Below are positions 21,430 through 30,395 of a stretch of 64,000 nucleotides of DNA, piece after piece. A program made the position numbers and the translations under genes. The stretch's first letter is position 1, and each line of letters opens with the position of its first letter. The stretch spans positions 687 to 64,686 of the forward strand of contig JBBUDU010000002.1 of NCBI GenBank assembly GCA_038057125.1, written 5' to 3'. The notes under the pieces are model-generated. The model ran no database searches. It saw nothing but the letters and a program-made list of their open reading frames with translations, and had not been told where the DNA came from. Source of the stretch: Patescibacteria group bacterium (GTDB lineage: Bacteria; Patescibacteriota; Minisyncoccia; Phycocordibacterales; UBA1550).

Positions 21430-23600
21430 AAACCCTGCCTGCAACACTTCCAACAACTCCGCTTTCGGAAATATTTCGCCTGACACCCGTACAGAAAGTG
21501 GGGCTCGAGAAGCTGGGTATTAGGACAGCTGAAAACCTCCTGCGCTACTTCCCCACACGCTACACGAGCATTGCGGAAATAAAACACATTGCCAATATAG
21601 AAAAGGGTGATACTGCAACAATCTACGGGCGTGTTGTTTCATCAAAGACATCGAAAGGATTCCGGTCAAAAATTCCAATGACCGAAGCTGTCATAGAGGA
21701 TGCCACTGGGCACATCAAGTGTGTGTGGTTTCATCAGGCCTACATTGCAAAAATGCTTATCCCCGGCACGATGGCAAAACTTTCCGGGCATGTCGAGGAG
21801 CGCAAAGGGGTGCTCTATCTCGCAAATCCGGAACTCTCGCGCGCAAAAGAGCTTCCCATTGACGCAAGTGATTCGCTTTTTCGAGATAATGAGGATGAAA
21901 CTATTTTTTACCCAGTCTATCCGGAAACAAAGGGCGTCTCCTCACGATTTATTTATCACCATATTCAAAAACTGTTTAGTCGCGGTGTACTCGACAATAT
22001 TCCAGACCCCATTCCGGAAGATATCCTACTGCGCTACCACCTGCCCACACTTCGCACCTCACTCGTGTGGATTCACGCTCCACAAAAAGAGAGTGATGAG
22101 AAGGCGGCGCGAAAGCGTTTTGCATTTGAAGAAGTTTTTATGATTCAGCTAGCAAGAAAGCTAGAGCGCGCGCAAACTTTAGAACACGACGGATTTACGA
22201 TTAAACCGGAATCAAAAGCGCTAGCGCAGTTTACCGCGCGCTTCCCTTTTACACCAACCGCGTCGCAGACGCACGCGCTTGATGATATTTTTTCTGATTT
22301 TAAAAAAGGATTGCCCATGGCGCGATTGCTCGAAGGCGATGTCGGCTCCGGAAAAACGTTTGTCGCCGCGGTTGCCGCATATGCTGTCGTAACTACCGCG
22401 CCTCACGATAACAAATTTGGGAATCTCCAAGTTGCCTATATGGCTCCTACTGAAATTCTCGCAGAACAGCATTTCAAAAGTTTCATTGAATATTTCCGCA
22501 GTCTTCCAATTGAAATCGGACTTCTAACCGGAAGCGGCGCGAAAAAATTCCCATCCAAAACTGACCCCATAGGTCCGACCTCTGTATCGCGTGCGCAACT
22601 TTTAAAGTGGGTTGCTGAAGGAAAACTTCCCATCCTCATCGGTACACATTCGCTCATTCAAAGAAGCGTGGAGTTTAAAAATCTCGGTCTTGCTATTGTA
22701 GATGAACAACATCGTTTTGGGACCTCGCAAAGAAGTAAGCTAGCAAAAAAAGATACTATCCTTCCGCATTTTCTATCGATGACCGCAACTCCAATCCCCC
22801 GTACCCTTGCACTCACAATATACGGCAACCTCGACCTCACTCTTCTAGACGAAATGCCAGTCGGGCGTCTTCCAATCAAGACAGAACTCGTTACAAAAAG
22901 TAACCGCAAGAAAATGGAAGACCATATCCGTAGAGAAATCGCACGCGGTCGCCAAGCGTATATTATTTGTCCGCGTATTGACGAGCCTGACCCAGAGAAA
23001 GAGCTAGCACTCCAAGCAAAATCAGTTATTGCTGAGGCCAAGCGCATTGCGGAGGATGTTTTTCCAGAATTTAAAGTTGGCATACTCCACGGAAAAATGA
23101 AACCTGACGAAAAAGAATGGGTGATGGCGGAATTTAAAAAAGTGACAATTCATATTCTCGTTGCCACTTCAGTTATCGAAGTCGGCGTAAATGTTCCCAA
23201 CGCCACAATGATTGTAATCGAGGGTGCCGAACGATTTGGTCTCGCGCAACTCCACCAACTCCGCGGACGCGTCATTCGCAGTAATCACCAAGCGTACTGC
23301 TACATCCTTACCGACAGTACAAACGAAACATCATTGAAACGCCTCAAAGCCATAGTAACCGCAAAAAACGGATTTGACCTCGCCGAGCTCGACCTCACGC
23401 TTCGCGGTGCGGGAGAGCTTTCTGGCGGAAAACAGTGGGGAATCTCCGACCTCGGTATGGAGGCAATTAAAAATATAAAGATGGTCGAAGCGGCGCGCAC
23501 CGAAGCATCGCGAATAGTCGCGGAAGACCCCGAACTTGCGAAGTATCCAGTGCTCCGTGTGTATATCGAAAAAAACCACCGAAATACTCATTGGGAGTAA
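21426..23600 (+). CDS. recG: ATP-dependent DNA helicase RecG
   Basis: Wedge domain, Walker A DVGSGKT, DEQHRFG, helicase motifs, 724 aa. Confidence 0.93.
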   Translation: MKTLPATLPTTPLSEIFRLTPVQKVGLEKLGIRTAENLLRYFPTRYTSIAEIKHIANIEKGDTATIYGRVVSSKTSKGFRSKIPMTEAVIEDATGHIKCVWFHQAYIAKMLIPGTMAKLSGHVEERKGVLYLANPELSRAKELPIDASDSLFRDNEDETIFYPVYPETKGVSSRFIYHHIQKLFSRGVLDNIPDPIPEDILLRYHLPTLRTSLVWIHAPQKESDEKAARKRFAFEEVFMIQLARKLERAQTLEHDGFTIKPESKALAQFTARFPFTPTASQTHALDDIFSDFKKGLPMARLLEGDVGSGKTFVAAVAAYAVVTTAPHDNKFGNLQVAYMAPTEILAEQHFKSFIEYFRSLPIEIGLLTGSGAKKFPSKTDPIGPTSVSRAQLLKWVAEGKLPILIGTHSLIQRSVEFKNLGLAIVDEQHRFGTSQRSKLAKKDTILPHFLSMTATPIPRTLALTIYGNLDLTLLDEMPVGRLPIKTELVTKSNRKKMEDHIRREIARGRQAYIICPRIDEPDPEKELALQAKSVIAEAKRIAEDVFPEFKVGILHGKMKPDEKEWVMAEFKKVTIHILVATSVIEVGVNVPNATMIVIEGAERFGLAQLHQLRGRVIRSNHQAYCYILTDSTNETSLKRLKAIVTAKNGFDLAELDLTLRGAGELSGGKQWGISDLGMEAIKNIKMVEAARTEASRIVAEDPELAKYPVLRVYIEKNHRNTHWE

Positions 23601-23689
23601 AACTTGCCCGAGTGCATAGTTTGCTATACTATTGAAAACACCTCCCACCCATAGCTCAGTCGGTGCTTTGCCCGTAGGTCATTTTGCTA

Positions 23690-23775
23690 AATGAACCACG
23701 GAGCTTATAATGACAAGCGAGGACTGTGTGGGAGAGTAATCTCTCACACGACATCCGAGTGCCGTCATTATATGG
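23690..23775 (+). repeat. R2 repeat element copy (CTTATAATGACAA.CGAGGA...TCCGAGTG..GTCATTATAT)
   Basis: Conserved ends shared with copies at 43148-43222 and 47718-47792. Internal ~30 nt differ. Confidence 0.5.
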
Positions 23776-23791
23776 CATTAAAATTTTGTGT

Positions 23792-23865
23792 CCACCCATA
23801 GCTCAGTCGGTTAGAGCACGGAGCTTATATCTCCGCGGTCCTTGGTTCGAGTCCAAGTGGGTGGA
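23792..23865 (+). tRNA. tRNA-Ile (anticodon TAT)
   Basis: CCACCCA-TA-GCTC-AGTCGGTTA-GAGC-A-CGGAG-CTTATAT-CTCCG-CGGTC-CTTGG-TTCGAGT-CCAAG-TGGGTGG-A. Full cloverleaf with U33, anticodon UAU, A37. Confidence 0.8.
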
Positions 23866-23931
23866 CACAGAATTTTAATACCATATATCTCCGACGGTCG
23901 AGGGTATCGAGTCCAAGTGGGTGGACCAAGA

Positions 23932-24825
23932 ATGGACAACGCAACATCCAACAAAATAAATATTTTACTCGCATTGGTCGCTCTTGGGGCTATTGGCTAT
24001 TTAAGCTACCAAAATTACCAACTTACGAAAGCAAAAATTGTGCTTGAGATTGAGCTCGCAAATACAAAACAGGAATTTGCGTCAACTACTGAAAAATTGA
24101 GCGGAGATATTGAAGCATTTAGAAACCTCCTCATCACAACTCAGGGCGAAAAGGTAACCGCAGAGCAAAATGTTCGAAATCAACAAGAAGCCCTAGATGG
24201 AATGTCTAACACGCTTGGACTGTACCAAAAACTAGTTACCACGGATCGTGAACTTTTGGCAAAGTACTCAAAAGTCTTCTTTCTAAGCGAAAACTATACA
24301 CCCAAATTATCTGTTTCCATCCCCACCACTTACACAATTGAAAAAGAAAAAGAGAAGATGATTTCGGCTGACGTGTGGCCGTTCCTTAAAAAAATGATTG
24401 ATGATGCGGCGGCAACGAGCACAGATTTAAAAATTATTTCAGCCTTCCGCTCGTTTGATACACAGAGCACATTAAAATCCGCCTACAAGGTTACTTTCGG
24501 CTCTGGTTCAAATAAATTTTCCGCAGACCAGGGTTATTCTGAACACCAGCTCGGCACCACCGTAGACTTTACCACAACAAAACTTGGTACCAATAATTCC
24601 ACATTTGGAAAAACTGTGGGTTACACTTGGCTTACAGAAAATGCTTACAAATATGGATTCATTCTTTCGTACCCACAAAAAAATACCTACTACATTTTTG
24701 AACCATGGCACTGGAGATTTGTTGGCAAAGCTCTCGCATTGAGGCTTCACGATGAAAAGAAAAACTTCTATGATCTTTCCCAGCGTGATATCAACGAATA
24801 CCTACTTACTCTTTTTAACCAATAG
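23932..24825 (+). CDS. D-alanyl-D-alanine carboxypeptidase family protein (VanY / peptidase M15B)
   Basis: N-terminal TM plus coiled coil. C-terminal SEHQLGTTVDF...FEPWHWRF zinc-binding M15 motifs. Start re-set to ATG 23932. Confidence 0.75.
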   Translation: MDNATSNKINILLALVALGAIGYLSYQNYQLTKAKIVLEIELANTKQEFASTTEKLSGDIEAFRNLLITTQGEKVTAEQNVRNQQEALDGMSNTLGLYQKLVTTDRELLAKYSKVFFLSENYTPKLSVSIPTTYTIEKEKEKMISADVWPFLKKMIDDAAATSTDLKIISAFRSFDTQSTLKSAYKVTFGSGSNKFSADQGYSEHQLGTTVDFTTTKLGTNNSTFGKTVGYTWLTENAYKYGFILSYPQKNTYYIFEPWHWRFVGKALALRLHDEKKNFYDLSQRDINEYLLTLFNQ

Positions 24826-24831
24826 ATATTC

Positions 24832-25230
24832 CTATAGAAAGAAGCGCGTCAAAATCATCGCAAGCACAATAATCCCCGAAAGCGAGCACCAGAAGCACCA
24901 CGCGCGAATAATGCGCCACTGAATGTAGAAAAAGTAACACGCCATAACGGCACCTCCAAAAAGAATCAAGTATTCACCCAGCACTACTGTCGAAGAAGTA
25001 TCTCCGGAAAAAAGCATCCATTCGACGACCGCAAGTGTGGCATAAAAAATGATACCGAGAATTTCATTGGAAATACCGAATGTTTTACTATATGGACTTT
25101 TCCACACAGTACTGCATCCATCCCCTATCAAGCATACAGGTGTGCGATGCTTCCTAGCCTCATAATTAAGATAGAGTGATTCGGCGATTCCAAAGAGTGA
25201 CAAAATAAAAATAACAAGATGACTGTCCAT
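24832..25230 (-). CDS. vitamin K epoxide reductase (VKOR) family protein
   Basis: 4-TM protein with loop Cys pair and CFWC active-site CxxC in the last helix. Confidence 0.7.
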   Translation of the reverse strand: MDSHLVIFILSLFGIAESLYLNYEARKHRTPVCLIGDGCSTVWKSPYSKTFGISNEILGIIFYATLAVVEWMLFSGDTSSTVVLGEYLILFGGAVMACYFFYIQWRIIRAWCFWCSLSGIIVLAMILTRFFL

Positions 25231-25238
25231 GGTTGTAA

Positions 25239-27209
25239 TTATATAATTGCTTCTTCTTTTTTCTTCTTCGGCATGATTCCGTTTGCGACAAGAATCTTTT
25301 CAAATTCCTCACGCTCAATAGACTCTTGAACCACAAGTTCATTTGCGATTGCATCAAGCGCTCCACGGTGCTCCGTCATCACCAACCGCGCACGGGCAAA
25401 TCCATCATTCATAATTTTAGAAACTTCAGAATCAATCTTCGCGGAAACTTCTTCCGAGTAGTCGCGACTGTTTACGCCTCGGCCCCCAAAGAGAGCACGC
25501 CCACCAGATCCTTCGAGAGCTACGGGGCCTAGTTTTTCTGACATACCATATTTGGTAACCATATCCCGCGCAAGTGCAGTAGCTACCTGCAGGTCATTTG
25601 ATGGCCCTGTGGTAATGTCTCCAAAAACCATTTCCTCGGCAACATACCCGCCAAGCGACATAGCAATATCGTCCAAAAAATCTTTCCTTGAACGCAAGCG
25701 TGTCTCCTCTAGTGGAAGCTTTAGTGTGTACCCGCCAGCATTTCCACGCGCAATAATTGAAATCTTGTGCACGGGATCTGCGTTCGGAAGCACTGACGCA
25801 ACGAGCGCGTGCCCGGCTTCATGATATGCTGTAATTTTCTTTTCTTCTTTCGACAGGATGTGGCTTCTGCGTTCAGGTCCGAGCATCACTTTTTCAATGG
25901 AACGAATGAGGTCGTATTGCGCAACAGTTTTTCTGTCTTCCCGTGCGGCTAAAATCGCGCCTTCATTCATGAGTGACGCCAAATCAGCTCCGGAAAATCC
26001 CGGTGTGCGCTCTGCCACCACTTTCAAATTAACATCCTCCGCGAGAGGCTTTTTCCGCGCGTGAATATTCAAAATCTCCTCGCGACCTTCGCGGTCTGGT
26101 AGGTCAAGGGTTACGCGACGGTCGAAACGGCCCGGACGGAGTAGCGCTGGGTCTAGCACATCGGGCCTGTTCGTAGCCGCCATCACAATCACCTTTTCCG
26201 ATGGTTCAAAGCCGTCCATCTCGACAAGTATCTGATTGAGTGTTTGCTCACGTTCATCGTTTCCACCGCCCACGCCGGCGCCACGCACACGCCCGACCGC
26301 GTCTATCTCATCTACGAAAATAATTGCCGGCGCAGCCTTCTTTGCCATTTTGAAAAGGTCACGCACACGCGATGCGCCGACACCGACAAACATTTCTACA
26401 AATTCAGAACCAGAGAGATGAAAGAACGGCACTCCTGCCTCGCCTGCAACCGCGCGCGCAAGCAAAGTTTTTCCTGTACCCGGCGCACCCATGAGAAGCA
26501 CACCTTTGGGAATCCGCGCACCGATGTCCAAAAACTTTTTAGGGTTGCGCAAAAAATCCACAATTTCCACAAGTTCTTCTTTTGCCTCTTTTGCGCCAGC
26601 AACATCTTTGAATGTGACTTTTTGACTTTGATCGTTCGGGTCGATGATGCGCGCTTTTGATTGGCCGAAAGAAAACGCTTGCATCCCCGCCCCTTTCACC
26701 TGCCGTGAAAGCATCCAGAACACAAGACCAATAAGAATGATTGGCAAAAGAAACGGCAACGAATTTAACAAATAGTAGCCGAAGCCACTTTCATTTTTTA
26801 CCTCCACCTCAACCTTTGCAAGTTTTTCGGCCGACACGCCGTAGTTCACCAGTGTCTGAGAAAGTGACGACTCTATTTCTTTTTTGGATTTCTTTTTAGT
26901 CCCATCGGCATACTCGGCGTTAATCATCCCTCCTTCAACGGTAATCTTTTTTACCGCACCGCTTGAAATATCCTGCGCAATTTTTGAAACTGAAACCTCT
27001 TCAACTTTATTTTTGTTTCCGACAACGGCTGAGTAGAGCGTTGAAATAATAAGGAACACGAGGACTGCAGTAAGAAGATTAGAGAAAAATTGCCCGCCCG
27101 TCGGCATAGACGGAAGCCCGGGGATTTTCCCTTTATTTTCGCTCTTCTTCCCTTTTTCTTTATTCCCCTTCTTGTTCTTCAAAATTTCCATAGTAGAAAC
27201 AGTATACAC
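25239..27209 (-). CDS. ftsH: ATP-dependent zinc metalloprotease FtsH
   Basis: AAA Walker [18 protein letters not shown] zinc site, 656 aa. Confidence 0.95.
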   Translation of the reverse strand: MYTVSTMEILKNKKGNKEKGKKSENKGKIPGLPSMPTGGQFFSNLLTAVLVFLIISTLYSAVVGNKNKVEEVSVSKIAQDISSGAVKKITVEGGMINAEYADGTKKKSKKEIESSLSQTLVNYGVSAEKLAKVEVEVKNESGFGYYLLNSLPFLLPIILIGLVFWMLSRQVKGAGMQAFSFGQSKARIIDPNDQSQKVTFKDVAGAKEAKEELVEIVDFLRNPKKFLDIGARIPKGVLLMGAPGTGKTLLARAVAGEAGVPFFHLSGSEFVEMFVGVGASRVRDLFKMAKKAAPAIIFVDEIDAVGRVRGAGVGGGNDEREQTLNQILVEMDGFEPSEKVIVMAATNRPDVLDPALLRPGRFDRRVTLDLPDREGREEILNIHARKKPLAEDVNLKVVAERTPGFSGADLASLMNEGAILAAREDRKTVAQYDLIRSIEKVMLGPERRSHILSKEEKKITAYHEAGHALVASVLPNADPVHKISIIARGNAGGYTLKLPLEETRLRSRKDFLDDIAMSLGGYVAEEMVFGDITTGPSNDLQVATALARDMVTKYGMSEKLGPVALEGSGGRALFGGRGVNSRDYSEEVSAKIDSEVSKIMNDGFARARLVMTEHRGALDAIANELVVQESIEREEFEKILVANGIMPKKKKEEAII

Positions 27210-27239
27210 AAATCACCGCCAGACTGCTAGAATAACAAA

Positions 27240-27686
27240 GTGACGTTGATTCAAAATAAAAAAGTACACTTCAATTACGAAATACTCGAGCGATATGAGG
27301 CGGGTATCGAGCTTTTGGGTACCGAGGTAAAAGCGGTTCGTGCTGGACGAGGCTCGCTTGAAGGCGCGCATGTGACTGTCCGTGGTGGCGAGGCATACCT
27401 AGTTGGAGCAACTATCCAGCCTTACCAGACCGGCAATACGCCAAAGGACTACGATGCGATGCGCAATCGCCGGCTCCTTTTGACAAAAAAAGAGCTTGCG
27501 GAGCTTGCCGAAAAGGAGTCTAAAAGGGGCTTGACAATAGTGCCTATTGGGGTGTATAATAAAGGTCACAAACTCAAGGTGGAAATTGCGGTAGTGCGTG
27601 GTAAAAAAACGCACGACAAGCGAGAAACGATTAAGAAGCGTGAAGCCGATAGAGATGTGATGCGAGAAATTAAGGGCACCCGCTAA
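27240..27686 (+). CDS. smpB: SsrA-binding protein
   Basis: 148 aa, characteristic SmpB N-terminus (KKVHFNYEILERYEAGIELLGTEVKA) and basic C-tail. Confidence 0.93.
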   Translation: MTLIQNKKVHFNYEILERYEAGIELLGTEVKAVRAGRGSLEGAHVTVRGGEAYLVGATIQPYQTGNTPKDYDAMRNRRLLLTKKELAELAEKESKRGLTIVPIGVYNKGHKLKVEIAVVRGKKTHDKRETIKKREADRDVMREIKGTR

Positions 27687-27757
27687 AATTTTTCCGATAA
27701 AAACTTAGGCGGGCAAGCAAGATAGAACATTGATAATTTAGTTACGCATTTAAATAC

Positions 27758-28163
27758 GGGGATGATTGGCCTAGACAGGCGGTTACCTTTGGTTGGTGCT
27801 GTGCCGAGAATGCTCGAGATCTCGTTAAACCTCGAGTACACAAGTATGTGCTAAAAACACTCTTGCAAAAGTGAAGGCAACAGTTTCTCCGTATTTTACG
27901 GCGAACGCCTTCACTCCTGTTTACGCTTTAGCCTAAGCAGCATTCGCGCTTCGTACGCCCTCTAGAGAAGTCGCGGGTGATATAAAAAGAGGGCTCATCG
28001 CTTTGAATGACTCTACAAAGTGAAAAAACATAGAGTATCGGTAATGTATGATTTAGGATATTTTATACACACATTACTTAAATTAAGGCCTCGGTCTTAA
28101 AATAAGTATCCTACGCACAGTAGATTCCTACTAAAACATCGTCTGCACGGGGGTTCGATTCCC
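27758..28163 (+). ncRNA. ssrA: tmRNA (ssrA), one-piece
   Basis: 5' GGGGATG pairs with 3' CATCTCC, giving a G3-U70 alanine identity pair. T-arm GGGGGTTCGATTCCCCC before the acceptor 3' strand and A discriminator. Internal tag-like ORF ending ...PVYALA-TAA at 27934-27936. Directly downstream of smpB. Confidence 0.7.
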
Positions 28164-28217
28164 CCCATCTCCACAAATACACAAAATACCTGAAGCAACT
28201 GCTTCAGGTATTTTGTG
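28164..28217 (+). terminator. 24 bp perfect hairpin immediately after tmRNA 3' end
   Basis: acaaatacacaaaatacctgaagca / tgcttcaggtattttgtgtatttgt. Confidence 0.65.
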
Positions 28218-28830
28218 TATTTGTGGAGATGAGCAAGGTGTCTGCACACCTTGCGTGGGGGAATCGAAAAGCGCAGCCATATTTTGTCACCAGACAAAAT
28301 GGCGAGCTGGGGCTGCGAGTTCATTGAGCGACGGCGAAATGAAACTTGTAGCCGATGAACCCAATCCACAATTGCACCCCCGAAGGCGTCTTGCCTTCGG
28401 GGGTTTTGCAATTGTGTGAGATGTGGGGAATCGAAAGACGGAGACATCCCGAGGCTTTTGCGAGGGAGTCGACGAATCAGCAGATTTGTGTCTTGGACTC
28501 GGGGGTAGCGAACACTTTGTATTTTGTGAGTACCCGAAACAAAATACTTAGTGATTCGTGACCGATGAACCCTGCGCGCCTTGCGTGGGGGAATCGAAGA
28601 CTCGGAGCATATTTTTGTTTGCCGCCTGCAAACAAAAATGCGAGAGGCAGCCAAAGAACGCGAGATGTTTTATGAGTCCGTAAGGACGAAAGAAAACTCC
28701 GCGATTCTGAGGCGATGAACCCGGGGTCGTAAATTTCACACAACAAAGTTGTGTGAAATCTTACAACATGATTTTTGAAGTGCAAAAATCAGAATCGAAG
28801 TCTCGGAGCATGTGTTGACTTTCCATACTT
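28218..28830. repeat. tandem array of ~4 degenerate structured units downstream of tmRNA
   Basis: Each unit carries GGGGGAATCGAA.AC.CGGAG.CAT (antisense of a T-loop/3' acceptor, closest to the tmRNA 3' end), then a covarying hairpin ATTTTTGT...ACAAAAAT, then CGATGAACC. Confidence 0.5.
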
Positions 28831-28912
28831 GGGAACCTATCATTAAGTGTAAGCCTGGTGCAGGTTGCCACAAGAATCGACTCGAATTTAATTTTTTAAT
28901 CATAATATACAC

Positions 28913-30259
28913 ATGAAATATCTACATATAAAACGTAATAAGTATACTCTCGGTGTTCTCATTCTATCAGTATTTTTGGGGACATATTTTACCGCCCTTG
29001 CTGTTTCGCATCCCGTCTCTAATCCCCTCTCAATAAACCCAACCAGTGCGAAAGTAAAAGTCGGAGGAATGGTCAGGCTACAGGCAAATTATCAGCCAGT
29101 GACACCATGTCCAGATGGTAAAGCTTGCATTATGCTAGCGCTGGCTCCTTACCAAGTTGCGGCAAAATGGACTTCGAACAGTAAAGTAGCTACGGTAGAA
29201 TACGGAGTGGTAACAGGTATTTCCGCAGGCGACGCCACGATTACCGCAACCTACACTGATTCTTCTGGAGTCGTATCTACGGCGAGTGCACTAGTGAGAG
29301 TGCTGGATGACACCACATCTGTCTCCAATGTTCTCTTCATCAACCCAACCAGCGCAATAGTGAAAGTCGGAGGGTCAGCTACGCTCCAGGCGAGCTACCA
29401 GCCATCTATGCCTCCCTGCCCCGTCGGCAATAGTTGCATTATGATAGCGCCAGCTCCTTATTTGGTTCAAGCAAAATGGACTTCGAACAGTAAAGTAGCT
29501 ACGATAACAAGTAGTGGAGTGGTAACTGGTGTTTCCGCAGGCACCGCCACGATTACGGCAACTTTCACAGAGTTTGGGGTTTCCTCAAGCGTTGTTCATA
29601 TGGCGACTGCAACAGTAACGGTAGTCGGCACAACAAACACAGGCAGTGGGCCTCTTTCCATCAACCCAGCCAATGCGAGGGTTAAAATCGGAGGATCAAC
29701 AACACTTCGGGCGAGCTATCAGCCAGTGACATCATGTCCAGATGGTAAAGCTTGCATTATGCTAGCGCCAGCTCCTTATACAGTTCAGGCAACATGGACT
29801 TCAAGTAACTCCAAAGTGGCTTCTGTAACATACAAAAGCAACTGCCCTACTGGTGCACTATGCGCTAGGTTTGCGGATCCAACAAACTATCTAACTGCCG
29901 TAGTAACCGGTGTTTCTGCCGGCACCGCCACGATTACCGCAACCTATACGGATTCTTCCGGTGTTGTGTCTACGGCGAGTGCGCTGATAAGTGTTGAGCA
30001 GATGTTTGGTATTAACCCCCCACCATTCCAACCTTCGGTCAGAACCTTTGTTTATAATTTACGTGTCGGGTCACGAAGTGATGACGTGATGGAACTGCAA
30101 CAGAAACTGCAAAGTCTTGGTTACTTTTCTCAATCCGAACAACCAACAGGATACTTTGGGCGTATAACCAGAGCAGCAGTGATTAAATTCCAAGAAGAAA
30201 ATGGGATACCAGCTACCGGTTTTGTGGGTCCGTTAACGAGAGAAGAATTGAATAAGTAA
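28913..30259 (+). CDS. secreted/membrane-anchored protein with 3 Big_2 Ig-like repeats and C-terminal peptidoglycan-binding domain
   Basis: Three ~85 aa repeats (VKVGG..L.ASYQP..PCPDG.ACIMLAPAPY...WTSSNSKVATV...VTGVSAGTATITATYTDSSGV). C-terminal PG_binding_1-like LQQKLQSLGYF...GYFGRITRAAVIKFQEENG. Confidence 0.7.
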   Translation: MKYLHIKRNKYTLGVLILSVFLGTYFTALAVSHPVSNPLSINPTSAKVKVGGMVRLQANYQPVTPCPDGKACIMLALAPYQVAAKWTSNSKVATVEYGVVTGISAGDATITATYTDSSGVVSTASALVRVLDDTTSVSNVLFINPTSAIVKVGGSATLQASYQPSMPPCPVGNSCIMIAPAPYLVQAKWTSNSKVATITSSGVVTGVSAGTATITATFTEFGVSSSVVHMATATVTVVGTTNTGSGPLSINPANARVKIGGSTTLRASYQPVTSCPDGKACIMLAPAPYTVQATWTSSNSKVASVTYKSNCPTGALCARFADPTNYLTAVVTGVSAGTATITATYTDSSGVVSTASALISVEQMFGINPPPFQPSVRTFVYNLRVGSRSDDVMELQQKLQSLGYFSQSEQPTGYFGRITRAAVIKFQEENGIPATGFVGPLTREELNK

Positions 30260-30295
30260 TCTCGGTAAATACCTTAAGAACAAATAGTAAAACGA

Positions 30296-30345
30296 AAAAG
30301 ACTAAAAAACCCCGCCTGTCAGCTGACAGGCGGGGTTTTTTAGTC
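30296..30345 (+). terminator. rho-independent terminator
   Basis: aaaaaaccccgcctgtcagctgacaggcggggtttttt. Confidence 0.7.
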
Positions 30346-30395
30346 TTTTTCGTTTCAAGTAATATGGGGTATACTATTAAGGAATCGCAATATCT

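Noticed and set aside
23884-23928. Direct repeat of tRNA-Ile 3' end as an integrase attR
   Set aside because: The copy extends back to the anticodon loop and is matched by a 5' half upstream. No integrase gene nearby. Better explained as a split ancestral tRNA copy
28138-28270. Possible circularly permuted (two-piece) tmRNA: T-arm/CCA-end at 28138-28163 followed by GGAGATG... at 28221
   Set aside because: A standard 5' end GGGGATG at 27758 pairs with the 3' CATCTCC and gives the G3-U70 alanine identity pair. GGAGATG would pair perfectly and lose that pair. The downstream copy is on the opposite strand sense and belongs to the degenerate repeat array
28097-28654. 185 aa minus-strand ORF
   Set aside because: It lies across the tmRNA 3' end and the structured repeat units. 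No RBS and a composition-driven frame
28218-28830. CRISPR array next to tmRNA
   Set aside because: Repeats are degenerate, unit lengths vary (110-160 nt), and the 'spacers' share conserved hairpins and a conserved 3' motif. No cas genes nearby
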